DNA from: Clostridia bacterium | GTDB taxonomy: Bacteria; Bacillota; Clostridia; TANB77; CAG-508 | Reading direction: 5' to 3' | Length of the DNA stretch: 55,476 nt | Assembly: GCA_045628105.1 (NCBI GenBank) | Contig: JAZQOX010000032.1 | Span: forward strand, 1-55,476 | Shown: positions 1 through 8,329 of the stretch, piece after piece | Position numbering within the stretch: position 1 is the first letter of the stretch | Layout of the letters: each line of letters opens with the position of its first letter | Notes under the pieces: model-generated | Databases searched by the model: none | What the model was told of the DNA's origin: nothing | What the model saw: only the letters and a program-made list of their open reading frames with translations | Position numbers and translations under genes: made by a program

Positions 1-3
1 AAT

Positions 4-246
4 ATGGAAGAAAGAGAAGAAGAATTAAATGAACAAGATATGAAAAGAAGAGAAAAAATTGGACTTTCAAACATGGCAAGAGTTGCTAAAAATAAAGCAA
101 AAAAACAAAGAAGGAAACAAATCATGAAAGAGTCAGGAAAAGCAGCAGCTCAGTATCTTATTAAATATATTATTATAATTGCCGTTGTTTTAGCTGCAAT
201 TATATTACTAAGTGCCTGTGCTAACTATATTCTTGAGCTTGAATAA
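4..246 (+). CDS. Hypothetical membrane-anchored protein (basic N-terminus, one C-terminal TM segment)
   Basis: 80-aa ORF with hydrophobic stretch YIIIIAVVLAAIILLSA; upstream context is cut off by the window edge. Confidence 0.55.
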   Translation: MEEREEELNEQDMKRREKIGLSNMARVAKNKAKKQRRKQIMKESGKAAAQYLIKYIIIIAVVLAAIILLSACANYILELE

Positions 247-299
247 TTGTTTTAATAGGGATATAATTAATATAAGAGAAGTTTTGGGAGGATAAAAAT

Positions 300-1523
300 A
301 TGGAAAAAACAAACAAAGCAAATAATTCAAAATATTATGATGGAATTAGTTTTGAATTTAAAAATATTTATATTAAAGACGTTTTAGTAGAAGAAAAAGT
401 AAATGATGAAAAAGATGACAATATAAAAGATACTGTTGAGTATAATATTTTTATTCAAGTTAAAGGAAAAGATGTTAAAATTGCAAAAATAGATGGTGAG
501 GGAAATTTAATTCCAAATAGAGAAATTTTACAAGATGAAAATAATAAAGGATTAACAAAAATAATAGATATATTGGAATTAGAAAAAAACAAAGTTGATA
601 TAGAAAGTTTTAAGAAAAAACTAAAAGAGCCAAAAACAATGGAACAAATTAAAGAAGAAAGAAAACAAAAAAACAAAGAATCAAATAATGAAAAAGAAAA
701 CAAAGATAAAAAGACAGAAGATATAGAAAAAAATAATAAAGAAAAAGAAGAATCACAAGAGCAAAAGAAAATAGCAGAAAGAAAAAATTTAAGATTAAAA
801 GATGTATTTGTTATTAGAAAAGATAGCCAATTCTTTAAAAACCATCCAGAGTTAAAAGAAGAACAAGGATTATATTTTTATAGAGATCATGATGGAAAAA
901 TTAAAGCAGAATATTTTGATAAAAATGGAAATCCACAGCCTTCTAAATTTTTTAATAATTCAACAACACATTTAAAAGAAGAAGTTGTTTCATTAGGTAA
1001 TGGAGAAGAGGCAAAAAAATTAAAACCATATCAAGTAATGACAACAAACAACTTACACAAATCACAAGGAACTATGGATATAAGAGTTGCAATAAATATA
1101 AACCAAGGGTACTTGGATATAGAAGAAACAAGACAGGGAACAAATGGAAAATGGACAGGATATGAAATTGAAGCAAAAGGCAGAGACTACAATTCAAGTG
1201 AAGTAAATAAATTAAGCAATATGAAAACTAATGAGTATAATCCAAACAATGTAACTGATAGCTTTAACAAAGTTGAAAATACAGACTTAGCAAGAGATGG
1301 AATACAATTACATGAATTAAGTTATGAAGCAATGTTACAAAAATTTATAGATGAAGGATATACAAAAAGAGAAGCAATTGATATTTACGATCGTATGAGC
1401 GAGCCTAGATTTCTAACAGAAGAAGCAGCTAAAAAAGAAGTAAATAAGGAAATAGAAAAAAGAGAAAAAAATCAAGAACGTGATGATGATGTACTAATTC
1501 CAGGACCAAGAAGAAGACATTAA
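300..1523 (+). CDS. Hypothetical Lys/Glu-rich protein
   Basis: 407-aa ORF, GGGAGG RBS upstream, host-like codon usage; no recognisable motif. Confidence 0.8.
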   Translation: MEKTNKANNSKYYDGISFEFKNIYIKDVLVEEKVNDEKDDNIKDTVEYNIFIQVKGKDVKIAKIDGEGNLIPNREILQDENNKGLTKIIDILELEKNKVDIESFKKKLKEPKTMEQIKEERKQKNKESNNEKENKDKKTEDIEKNNKEKEESQEQKKIAERKNLRLKDVFVIRKDSQFFKNHPELKEEQGLYFYRDHDGKIKAEYFDKNGNPQPSKFFNNSTTHLKEEVVSLGNGEEAKKLKPYQVMTTNNLHKSQGTMDIRVAININQGYLDIEETRQGTNGKWTGYEIEAKGRDYNSSEVNKLSNMKTNEYNPNNVTDSFNKVENTDLARDGIQLHELSYEAMLQKFIDEGYTKREAIDIYDRMSEPRFLTEEAAKKEVNKEIEKREKNQERDDDVLIPGPRRRH

Positions 1524-1552
1524 AAGCGTGTGAATTTTAAAAGCTGCATAAA

Positions 1553-1581
1553 TTGCCAAATGATATAAAATATGGTATAAT
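1553..1581 (+). promoter_or_regulatory. SigA-type promoter of orphan cassette 1
   Basis: TTGCCA-17nt-TATAAT with TG extension. Confidence 0.7.
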
Positions 1582-1631
1582 TAAAATGTATTATGCGGAA
1601 GCATTAAATAAAACAGAAAAGGAGATTAGCA

Positions 1632-1859
1632 ATGATACTCGAGTTCATCTTTGTAATTTTCATGATCGTTGCATTTATTGCAGATATTGCATGGATGCAA
1701 GCAGTAATTGGAGCATTTGCCTTGATCCTGGGAATTGTCATTATCTGGGATGATGCCCGGATTTTTGGAGACAAATTTGCACCAATGATTCCCGCCATTA
1801 TAAAGGGCGGAATTTCAATCATTGCTGGCCTTGCAGTATTGACAATGGCAATTTTCTAA
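1632..1859 (+). CDS. Small orphan membrane protein (about 3 TM segments)
   Basis: AAGGAG RBS, 75 aa hydrophobic; more GC-rich codons than its neighbours; has its own promoter and terminator. Confidence 0.7.
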   Translation: MILEFIFVIFMIVAFIADIAWMQAVIGAFALILGIVIIWDDARIFGDKFAPMIPAIIKGGISIIAGLAVLTMAIF

Positions 1860-1893
1860 AATAGGAGGTTCGTTGAACCTCCTATTTCTTTTT
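1859..1893 (+). terminator. Intrinsic terminator
   Basis: AAATAGGAGGTTC-GTT-GAACCTCCTATTT followed by a T-run. Confidence 0.85.
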
Positions 1894-1902
1894 GAAAATC
1901 GG

Positions 1903-1932
1903 AAAATGGGGACACGCACTTTTTTCCATTTT
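1903..1932. repeat. REP-like imperfect palindrome (variant)
   Basis: AAAATGGGGACACGCACTTTTTTCCATTTT; shares the GGGACA core with the main palindrome family. Confidence 0.4.
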
Positions 1933-1971
1933 GCATAAAAATTTAAAAGTGTTTAATAATATTATTAGGAG

Positions 1972-2721
1972 ATGATTTTTTTGAGAATTAAAAAAATAAT
2001 AATGTTATTAATGATTCTTCTTGTTTCACTTTTGTGGAGTAATTCTGTAAGTGCTATGAGCTATTATCAAACAGTTGGCACAACAACAGGTTTAGTTACA
2101 GCAACAAGTTTAAATGTTAGGCAAGGACCAGGCACAAATTATGGAAAAGTAACTACTATAAACAAAAACGAATATGTAAGAGTATTTGCACAAATAAAAG
2201 ACTGGTATGTAATCCAAACAGAAAACGATTATATAGGAATGGTAAGCAAACAATATATAAAACTAGTATACCCAACAAAAGCTGAAACAACAAACAAACC
2301 AAATACAACAGAATCAAGTATAAATACAACAACAGGACTTACAAAAGACGAACAAGAAACACTAGATTTAATAAATGCAGAGAGAAAAAAAGCAGGCCTT
2401 GCAAGTTTAAAAATTGATAGTGAACTTCAAAATGTAGCAAGAACAAAAGCAAAAGACTTAGTAGACAACAACTATTTTGCACATAATTCACCAACATATG
2501 GAACACCATTTGAAATGATGAAAAGCTTTGGAATAAAATATAAAACTGCAGGAGAAAACATTGCAGGAAATTCTACAAATAGCGGAGCAGTAAAAGCATG
2601 GATGAACTCAGAAGGGCATAGAGCAAACATCCTAAATAGTAGTTATAACTATACAGGACTAGCAGTAGTAAGCAGTCCAAAATACGGAAAAGTTTATGTA
2701 CAAATGTTTATAGGTAAGTGA
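1972..2721 (+). CDS. Secreted SH3b + CAP/SCP (YkwD-like) domain protein
   Basis: Signal peptide; LNVRQGPGTNY SH3b motif; INAERKKAGL, FAHNSPTYG, GENIA, WMNSEGHRANIL CAP motifs. Confidence 0.9.
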   Translation: MIFLRIKKIIMLLMILLVSLLWSNSVSAMSYYQTVGTTTGLVTATSLNVRQGPGTNYGKVTTINKNEYVRVFAQIKDWYVIQTENDYIGMVSKQYIKLVYPTKAETTNKPNTTESSINTTTGLTKDEQETLDLINAERKKAGLASLKIDSELQNVARTKAKDLVDNNYFAHNSPTYGTPFEMMKSFGIKYKTAGENIAGNSTNSGAVKAWMNSEGHRANILNSSYNYTGLAVVSSPKYGKVYVQMFIGK

Positions 2722-2748
2722 TACAATTAGGGACAGTCCCAAATTGTA
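2722..2748. repeat. REP-like palindrome copy 1
   Basis: TACAATTAGGGACAGTCCCAAATTGTA immediately after the stop codon. Confidence 0.85.
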
Positions 2749-2769
2749 ACAAATTTACAGTAAAAATAT

Positions 2770-2880
2770 TTGACTTTTGGTAAAATATATGCTATTATAA
2801 TTATAGCAATTGCAAAGCAGGTTAACAGTTAATGTATGAACAAAAAAAGACTAGGAGTGCAAGTCCTAGTCTTTTCTTTT
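2770..2880 (+). ncRNA. Putative type I antitoxin sRNA (promoter plus about 75-nt transcript)
   Basis: TTGACT-17-TATTAT promoter (2770-2798); no ORF; ends in terminator 2845-2880; 2829-2841 is complementary to the translation-initiation region of the convergent peptide gene. Confidence 0.6.
2842..2880. terminator. Bidirectional intrinsic terminator
   Basis: AAAAGACTAGGA-GTGCAAG-TCCTAGTCTTTT with A-run and T-run on either side. Confidence 0.85.
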
Positions 2881-2881
2881 G

Positions 2882-2950
2882 CTATTTACTTAAATATTTT
2901 ACTATGTAGTAAATTATTATAAGTTCTAGCAAGTCTAGCAAGTTATCCAT
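2882..2950 (-). CDS. Putative type I toxin peptide MDNLLDLLELIIIYYIVKYLSK (22 aa)
   Basis: GGAAGGAGGT RBS; minus-strand promoter TTGACA(3026-3021)-17-TATTAT; hydrophobic core with basic tail; convergent sRNA. Confidence 0.6.
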   Translation of the reverse strand: MDNLLDLLELIIIYYIVKYLSK

Positions 2951-3110
2951 TAATGCATGAACCTCCTTCCTGCATACTTGGCAAGTAGGCAAAATTAATA
3001 ATAATATAAACATAAAAAATTGTCAATAAGAAAAAATAAATTTCTTGTTCCATTTTTTATAAAGTGTGATATAATATATCACAATAAATAAAGAAGAGGT
3101 AGACTAGATA

Positions 3111-6100
3111 ATGACAAAGGTAATAAAAGACGTATTTCAGGATTATAAAAAAGATGGGGCAATTCTGGAAGCAGAAATTACAAAAATGAACTTATATAAA
3201 AAAAGCAATAAGCTGGAAATAGATATAACTTCTCAAAATCAAATTAAAATAAATGAATTAAATGATTTTGAATCTTATTTATCTACAAGATTTTTAATAA
3301 AGATAATTGACTTATCAGTAAAATATGAAAATGGTGACTTTGAATGTGATTTAAATAATGATTGGAAAGATGTTATAAAATATATTGCAACAAAGTTCCC
3401 TATAACTAAAGCTATTTTGAAAGAAAGTAGTGCTTCAATAAAAGGCAATGAAGCAATTATTAATTTAAAAACCAATAGTTCAGACTTTTTACATTCATAT
3501 TCAGTAGATAAAGCTCTTGAGAAATTGTTTTTTAATGTTTATGGGAAGAAAATAAAAGTTACATATAATGAAAGCCTTACAGAAGAAGAAATAATAGAAA
3601 AGAAACATATTTTAGAAGAGATACAAGATAATTTATGTAAGAATCTCATGAATGATATGGCTATTGCAACGCAAGAGAAAAAGAAAGCAAAACAAGAAGA
3701 AGCCGTGGTTGAAGAAGAAGCTATTCAAGAGGAAGAAGAAGAGCAAACACCTTTAATTATTGGTAGAAGTCCAAATATTAAAGAACAAATTGTTAAAATA
3801 AAAGATTTGACACCAGACTATGGTAAAGTTGCTATTCAAGGTAAGGTTATTAAAACTGATTCAAGAGAACTAAAAAATGGTAAAACTCTAGTAATGTTTG
3901 ATGTTTATGACGGAACAAGTACAATTACTTGTAAATCTTTCGTTGAACCAGAAAAAGTTTCAAAGGTTATGGATAGAATAAAGGCTGGAATTAGAGTTAA
4001 ATTGCAAGGAAATGCACAGTATGATAACTTTGCAAAAGAAATAGGTGTAATTGCAAATGTTGTTATTGAATTACCACCACAAGAAGAAATTAGAAGACAG
4101 GATAACAGTATGACAAAACGTGTAGAACTACATCTTCACACACAAATGAGTCAGATGGATGCTGTTACTTCAGCAAAGGATTTAATTAAAAGAGCAGCAA
4201 GTTGGGGTATGAAATCTATTGCAATTACCGACCATGGTGTAGTGCAAGCTTTCCCAGAAGCAAAACATGCGGTTGATGATTTAGGACTAGATATTAAAGT
4301 TATTTATGGTGTGGAAGCGTATTTTGTTCCAGACGATGAAATTCCAGATGAAGAAGAGGGCTGGAAAAAAGTTAAACCTTACCATGCAATAATACTAACA
4401 CAAACTCAAAAAGGTTTAAGAAATTTATATGAATTAATATCTGTTTCTCACATTCAATATTATCATAAAAGACCAAGAGTTTTACAAAGCGTTTTTAATA
4501 AATATAGAGAAGGATTAATTTTAGGTAGTGCTTGTGAACAAGGTGAATTATATAAAGCAATTTTGGAAAATAAACCACAAGAAAAAATAGAGCAAATTGT
4601 AAAATACTATGATTATTTAGAAATACAACCTCTTGGAAATAATAACTTTATGCTAAGAGAAGGAAAAGTACCAGATGAAGAAGCTTTAAAGAATATAAAT
4701 AGAAAAATTGTTGAACTTGGTGAAAAATTTGGAAAGCTTGTTGTTGCTACATGTGATGTTCATTTTATGGATCCACAAGATGAGGTATATAGAAGAATTT
4801 TAATGGCTGGTCAAGGCTTCTCAGATTGTGATAATCAAGCACCATTATACTTTAGAACTACTGAGGAAATGCTTGCAGAGTTTGATTATTTTGGACCAGA
4901 AAAAGCATATGAGCTAGTTGTAACAAATACAAATAAAATTGCTGATATGTGTGAAGCAGTTTGCCCAATTTCTAAAGAAAAATGTCCTCCAGTAATTGAA
5001 GGAGCAGAAGAAGAAATAAAGGAAACTTGCGAAAATAAAGCTAAAGAATTATATGGAGATCCATTACCAGAAATAGTTCAAGCAAGATTAGATAGAGAAT
5101 TAACATCAATTATAAAAAATGGATTTTCAACGTTATATATTATTGCACAAAGATTAGTTTTAAAATCTAATGCAGATGGATATTTGGTTGGGTCAAGAGG
5201 GTCTGTTGGTTCATCATTTGTTGCTAATATGCTTGGTATAACAGAGGTTAACTCACTTCCACCACACTATAGATGCCCACAGTGTAAGTATTCAGATTTT
5301 ACCGATTACGGAATAAAGAACGGTGTAGATTTACCAGATAAAGACTGTCCAAAATGCGGAACTAAAATGGTAAAGGATGGAATGGATATACCTTTTGAAA
5401 CATTCCTTGGATTTAATGGAGATAAAGAACCAGATATAGACTTAAACTTTTCAGGAGATTATCAGGGAAAAATACATAGATATGCAGAAGTTATTTTTGG
5501 AAAAGGAAAGACCTTTAAAGCTGGAACTGTTGGTACAGTAGCTGAAAAAACAGCATTTGGATATGTAAAAAATTATTATGAAGAAAGAAATATACCAATA
5601 ACAAATGCTGAAATTGGTAGAATTGTTCAAGGATGTGTAGGAATAAAAAGAACTACAGGACAACATCCAGGAGGAATTATAGTTGTTCCACATGGTAGAG
5701 AAATTTATGAGTTCTGCCCAGTTCAACATCCAGCAGATGATCCAAATTCAGATATTATAACAACGCATTTTGATTATCACTCAATAGATAAAAATTTATT
5801 AAAACTAGATATGCTTGGCCATGACGATCCGACAGTTATAAGAATGTTACAGGATTTAACGGGTATTGACCCTAAAACAATACCACTTGATGATAAAGAT
5901 ACAATGTCTTTATTTAGTTCAACAAAAGCCTTAGGTGTTACACCAGAACAAATTAATTCACAAGTTGGATCATTTGGTGTTCCTGAGTTCGGAACAAAAT
6001 TTGTAAGAGACATGCTTTTGGATACAAAACCTACAACATTTGAGGAATTAATAAGAATATCAGGAGTATCACATGGTACAGATGTATGGCTAAATAATGC

Positions 6101-6860
6101 ACAAGACTTAATAAAAAATGGAACAGCAACATTAAGCGATGCAATTTGTACAAGAGATGACATCATGATTTACTTAATAAAAAAAGGATTGCCACCAGAT
6201 AAAGCATTCAAAACAATGGAAAGCGTGCGTAAAGGAAAAGGATTAAAACCAGAGCAAGAAGAGTTAATGAGAGAACATGATGTACCAGATTGGTACATAG
6301 ACTCTTGCAAAAAGATAAAATACATGTTCCCAAAGGCACATGCTGTGGCATATGTTACAATGGCATTTAGGATTGCGTGGTTTAAAGTACATCACCCATT
6401 AGCATATTATGCAACATTTTTCTCAATAAGAGCAGATGAATTTGATAGCGAATTTATGATTTATGGAAAAGAAAAAGTAAAAGCAAAAATGAAAGAAATT
6501 GAAATGCAGGGAAACAATGCAACACAGAAAGACAAAGGAATGTACACAGTACTAGAATTAGTACTAGAGATGTATGAAAGAGGATTCGAATTTTTGCCAG
6601 TAGATATTTACAAATCACATAGCAATAAATTTAAAATAGAAGATGGAAAACTAAGACCACCGCTATCAAGTATAGCAGGACTAGGAGGAATAGCAGCAGA
6701 TGGAATATACCAAGCAGCAAAAGAACAAGGTGGAGAATTTATGTGCATAGATGATTTACAATTAAAAGCAAAAATAGGAAAATCAGTGGTAGAATTACTA
6801 ACAAAATTCGGATGCTTAAAAGGAATGAGCCAAAGCAATCAACTAAGCCTATTCGGATAA
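3111..6860 (+). CDS. polC: DNA polymerase III PolC-type, lacking the inserted 3'-5' exonuclease domain
   Basis: ELHLHTQMS and AITDHG PHP motifs, GSRGSVGSS, CPQC/CPKC zinc finger, PDIDLNFSG catalytic motif, KYMFPKAHA. Confidence 0.97.
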   Translation: MTKVIKDVFQDYKKDGAILEAEITKMNLYKKSNKLEIDITSQNQIKINELNDFESYLSTRFLIKIIDLSVKYENGDFECDLNNDWKDVIKYIATKFPITKAILKESSASIKGNEAIINLKTNSSDFLHSYSVDKALEKLFFNVYGKKIKVTYNESLTEEEIIEKKHILEEIQDNLCKNLMNDMAIATQEKKKAKQEEAVVEEEAIQEEEEEQTPLIIGRSPNIKEQIVKIKDLTPDYGKVAIQGKVIKTDSRELKNGKTLVMFDVYDGTSTITCKSFVEPEKVSKVMDRIKAGIRVKLQGNAQYDNFAKEIGVIANVVIELPPQEEIRRQDNSMTKRVELHLHTQMSQMDAVTSAKDLIKRAASWGMKSIAITDHGVVQAFPEAKHAVDDLGLDIKVIYGVEAYFVPDDEIPDEEEGWKKVKPYHAIILTQTQKGLRNLYELISVSHIQYYHKRPRVLQSVFNKYREGLILGSACEQGELYKAILENKPQEKIEQIVKYYDYLEIQPLGNNNFMLREGKVPDEEALKNINRKIVELGEKFGKLVVATCDVHFMDPQDEVYRRILMAGQGFSDCDNQAPLYFRTTEEMLAEFDYFGPEKAYELVVTNTNKIADMCEAVCPISKEKCPPVIEGAEEEIKETCENKAKELYGDPLPEIVQARLDRELTSIIKNGFSTLYIIAQRLVLKSNADGYLVGSRGSVGSSFVANMLGITEVNSLPPHYRCPQCKYSDFTDYGIKNGVDLPDKDCPKCGTKMVKDGMDIPFETFLGFNGDKEPDIDLNFSGDYQGKIHRYAEVIFGKGKTFKAGTVGTVAEKTAFGYVKNYYEERNIPITNAEIGRIVQGCVGIKRTTGQHPGGIIVVPHGREIYEFCPVQHPADDPNSDIITTHFDYHSIDKNLLKLDMLGHDDPTVIRMLQDLTGIDPKTIPLDDKDTMSLFSSTKALGVTPEQINSQVGSFGVPEFGTKFVRDMLLDTKPTTFEELIRISGVSHGTDVWLNNAQDLIKNGTATLSDAICTRDDIMIYLIKKGLPPDKAFKTMESVRKGKGLKPEQEELMREHDVPDWYIDSCKKIKYMFPKAHAVAYVTMAFRIAWFKVHHPLAYYATFFSIRADEFDSEFMIYGKEKVKAKMKEIEMQGNNATQKDKGMYTVLELVLEMYERGFEFLPVDIYKSHSNKFKIEDGKLRPPLSSIAGLGGIAADGIYQAAKEQGGEFMCIDDLQLKAKIGKSVVELLTKFGCLKGMSQSNQLSLFG

Positions 6861-6895
6861 TGTTCCAATTAGGGACAGTCCCAAATTGGAACATT
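6859..6895. repeat. REP-like palindrome copy 2
   Basis: AATGTTCCAATTAGGGACAGTCCCAAATTGGAACATT overlapping the polC stop codon. Confidence 0.9.
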
Positions 6896-6923
6896 TGCCT
6901 ATTAACATAAAATGTGATATAAT
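6895..6923 (+). promoter_or_regulatory. SigA-type promoter of orphan cassette 2
   Basis: TTGCCT-17-TATAAT with TG extension. Confidence 0.7.
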
Positions 6924-6965
6924 ATATGTATTAAAGCCGATCAGGCGAATTAACAGGAGGAAAAA

Positions 6966-7340
6966 ATGGAAGAACTCAGAATTTCTGGGCGCGTCAATGA
7001 TGATGTTGTTTATGATGGCAATCTTCGGATTGCCCAGGGAACAATAGTCAACGGTAGCGTTTTCGCTACAGGTACGATTACTACTGAGAACCGTGTTCAT
7101 ATTTATGGCAACGTTGTTGCCAAGAACGAAGTTGTTTTAGGAAACCATAATGACATCAGAGGACTCGTAGAGTCACAGCTGTCTAGTGTCGAATTTGGTG
7201 ATGAAAATTTCGCCGATTCGGTATCCGGATTTGAGGTGATTATGCGAAATCTCAACAATATTCGTCACTGGATTTCAAGTCCGGGAGGCGTAAAGGAAAT
7301 AGGTACACTTCCAAATGTCTGGGGTGTCTTATTCGATTGA
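6966..7340 (+). CDS. Orphan beta-helix / bactofilin-like repeat protein
   Basis: AGGAGG RBS; repeated V-x-G-x-V/I units (VNGSVFATG, IYGNVVAKN, IRGLVES); visibly more GC-rich than the host genes. Confidence 0.7.
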   Translation: MEELRISGRVNDDVVYDGNLRIAQGTIVNGSVFATGTITTENRVHIYGNVVAKNEVVLGNHNDIRGLVESQLSSVEFGDENFADSVSGFEVIMRNLNNIRHWISSPGGVKEIGTLPNVWGVLFD

Positions 7341-7353
7341 AGTCCACATCCCA

Positions 7354-7389
7354 CCCCCAAGGTGTTAACCTTGGGGGCTCTTTTTTTTA
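7354..7389 (+). terminator. Intrinsic terminator
   Basis: CCCCCAAGG-TGTTAA-CCTTGGGGG followed by a T-run. Confidence 0.85.
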
Positions 7390-7391
7390 TG

Positions 7392-7428
7392 AATGTTCCA
7401 ATTAGGGACTGTCCCTAATTGGAACATT
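7392..7428. repeat. REP-like palindrome copy 3 (perfect 18-bp arms)
   Basis: AATGTTCCAATTAGGGAC-T-GTCCCTAATTGGAACATT. Confidence 0.92.
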
Positions 7429-7532
7429 TTAAGAACATGAAAAAAACAATTGATTTTTTGTGCAAATTTATGTATAATACTGATGTAGATGGTAATTTAA
7501 GGGAGAAAATTTACTATTTAGGAGGAATTATT

Positions 7533-8279
7533 ATGCCTAGAATTGCCAGAAAAAATTTTGAAACATCTTTTTTTCATGTTATTGTACAAGGAGTTAATAA
7601 GGAATATATTTTCAATAAGAATGAATACATAGAAAGCTACCTTTCATTATTAAACAAGTACAAAGATGAGTTTCAAGTTGAAATTATTGCATATTGTATA
7701 ATGAACAATCATGCTCATATGTTGATTTTCACAGAAAGAATTAGCGAATTATCAAAATTCATGCACAAAATAAATGCTATATATGCTCAATATTATAATG
7801 AAGAGGAAAAAAGGGTTGGACATGTTTTTAGAGACAGATTTAAAAGTGAACCGATTATTTCAGAAGAATACCTTGTAAGATGTATTAAATACATACATCA
7901 AAATCCGGTAAAGGCAGGTATTACACAAAACTGCGGAGAATATAGGTATTCAACATATAATCAGTACTTAAGAAATGAGGGTGTCGCAAAAAACAAGATT
8001 TTAAATGAGATAATTGGAAAAAGAAATTATAAGAGTTTATTAGAACTAGAAGATAATATCATATTTTATGATATAGATTTGACTGATAATGAAATGATTG
8101 ACAATGTTGTATTCGATTTTAAAAGAAAATATAAAAAAACAACAGAAGAAATTTTAAAAGATGATGAAAAAGCAAAGGAAATAGTAAAAATACTTAAAGA
8201 AAAATACGGAATTGCTTATAGAATAATTGAAAAGAATTTAAATATAAGCAAAAGAAGGTTGCAAAAAATTAAACAATAA
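7533..8279 (+). mobile_element. REP-associated tyrosine transposase (RAYT, Y1/HUH family)
   Basis: MPRIAR start after GGAGG RBS (true start 7533, not 7419); FHVIVQG, MNNHAHML HUH motif, GHVFRDRFKS, YIHQNPVKAG, YRYSTY; flanked by palindromes. Confidence 0.9.
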
Positions 8280-8281
8280 AA

Positions 8282-8314
8282 TGTTCCAATTAGGGACTGT
8301 CCCTAATTGGAACA
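8282..8314. repeat. REP-like palindrome copy 4
   Basis: TGTTCCAATTAGGGACTGTCCCTAATTGGAACA between the RAYT stop and the ychF RBS. Confidence 0.92.
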
Positions 8315-8329
8315 AGGAGGTTTTGAATT

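Noticed and set aside
1553-1822. Overlapping ORFs 1553-1753 (+) and 1604-1822 (-)
   Set aside because: The first starts at the -35 box without an RBS; both overlap the RBS-supported 1632-1859 gene.
7419-7532. N-terminal 38 aa of the transposase ORF in the track
   Set aside because: Starts at a TTG inside the palindrome; the RBS and the family-typical MPR start are at 7533.
6859-8314. Palindromic repeats of about 35 bp as a CRISPR array
   Set aside because: Copies are separated by whole genes rather than 30-40 nt spacers, and there are no cas genes; they fit REP-like elements.
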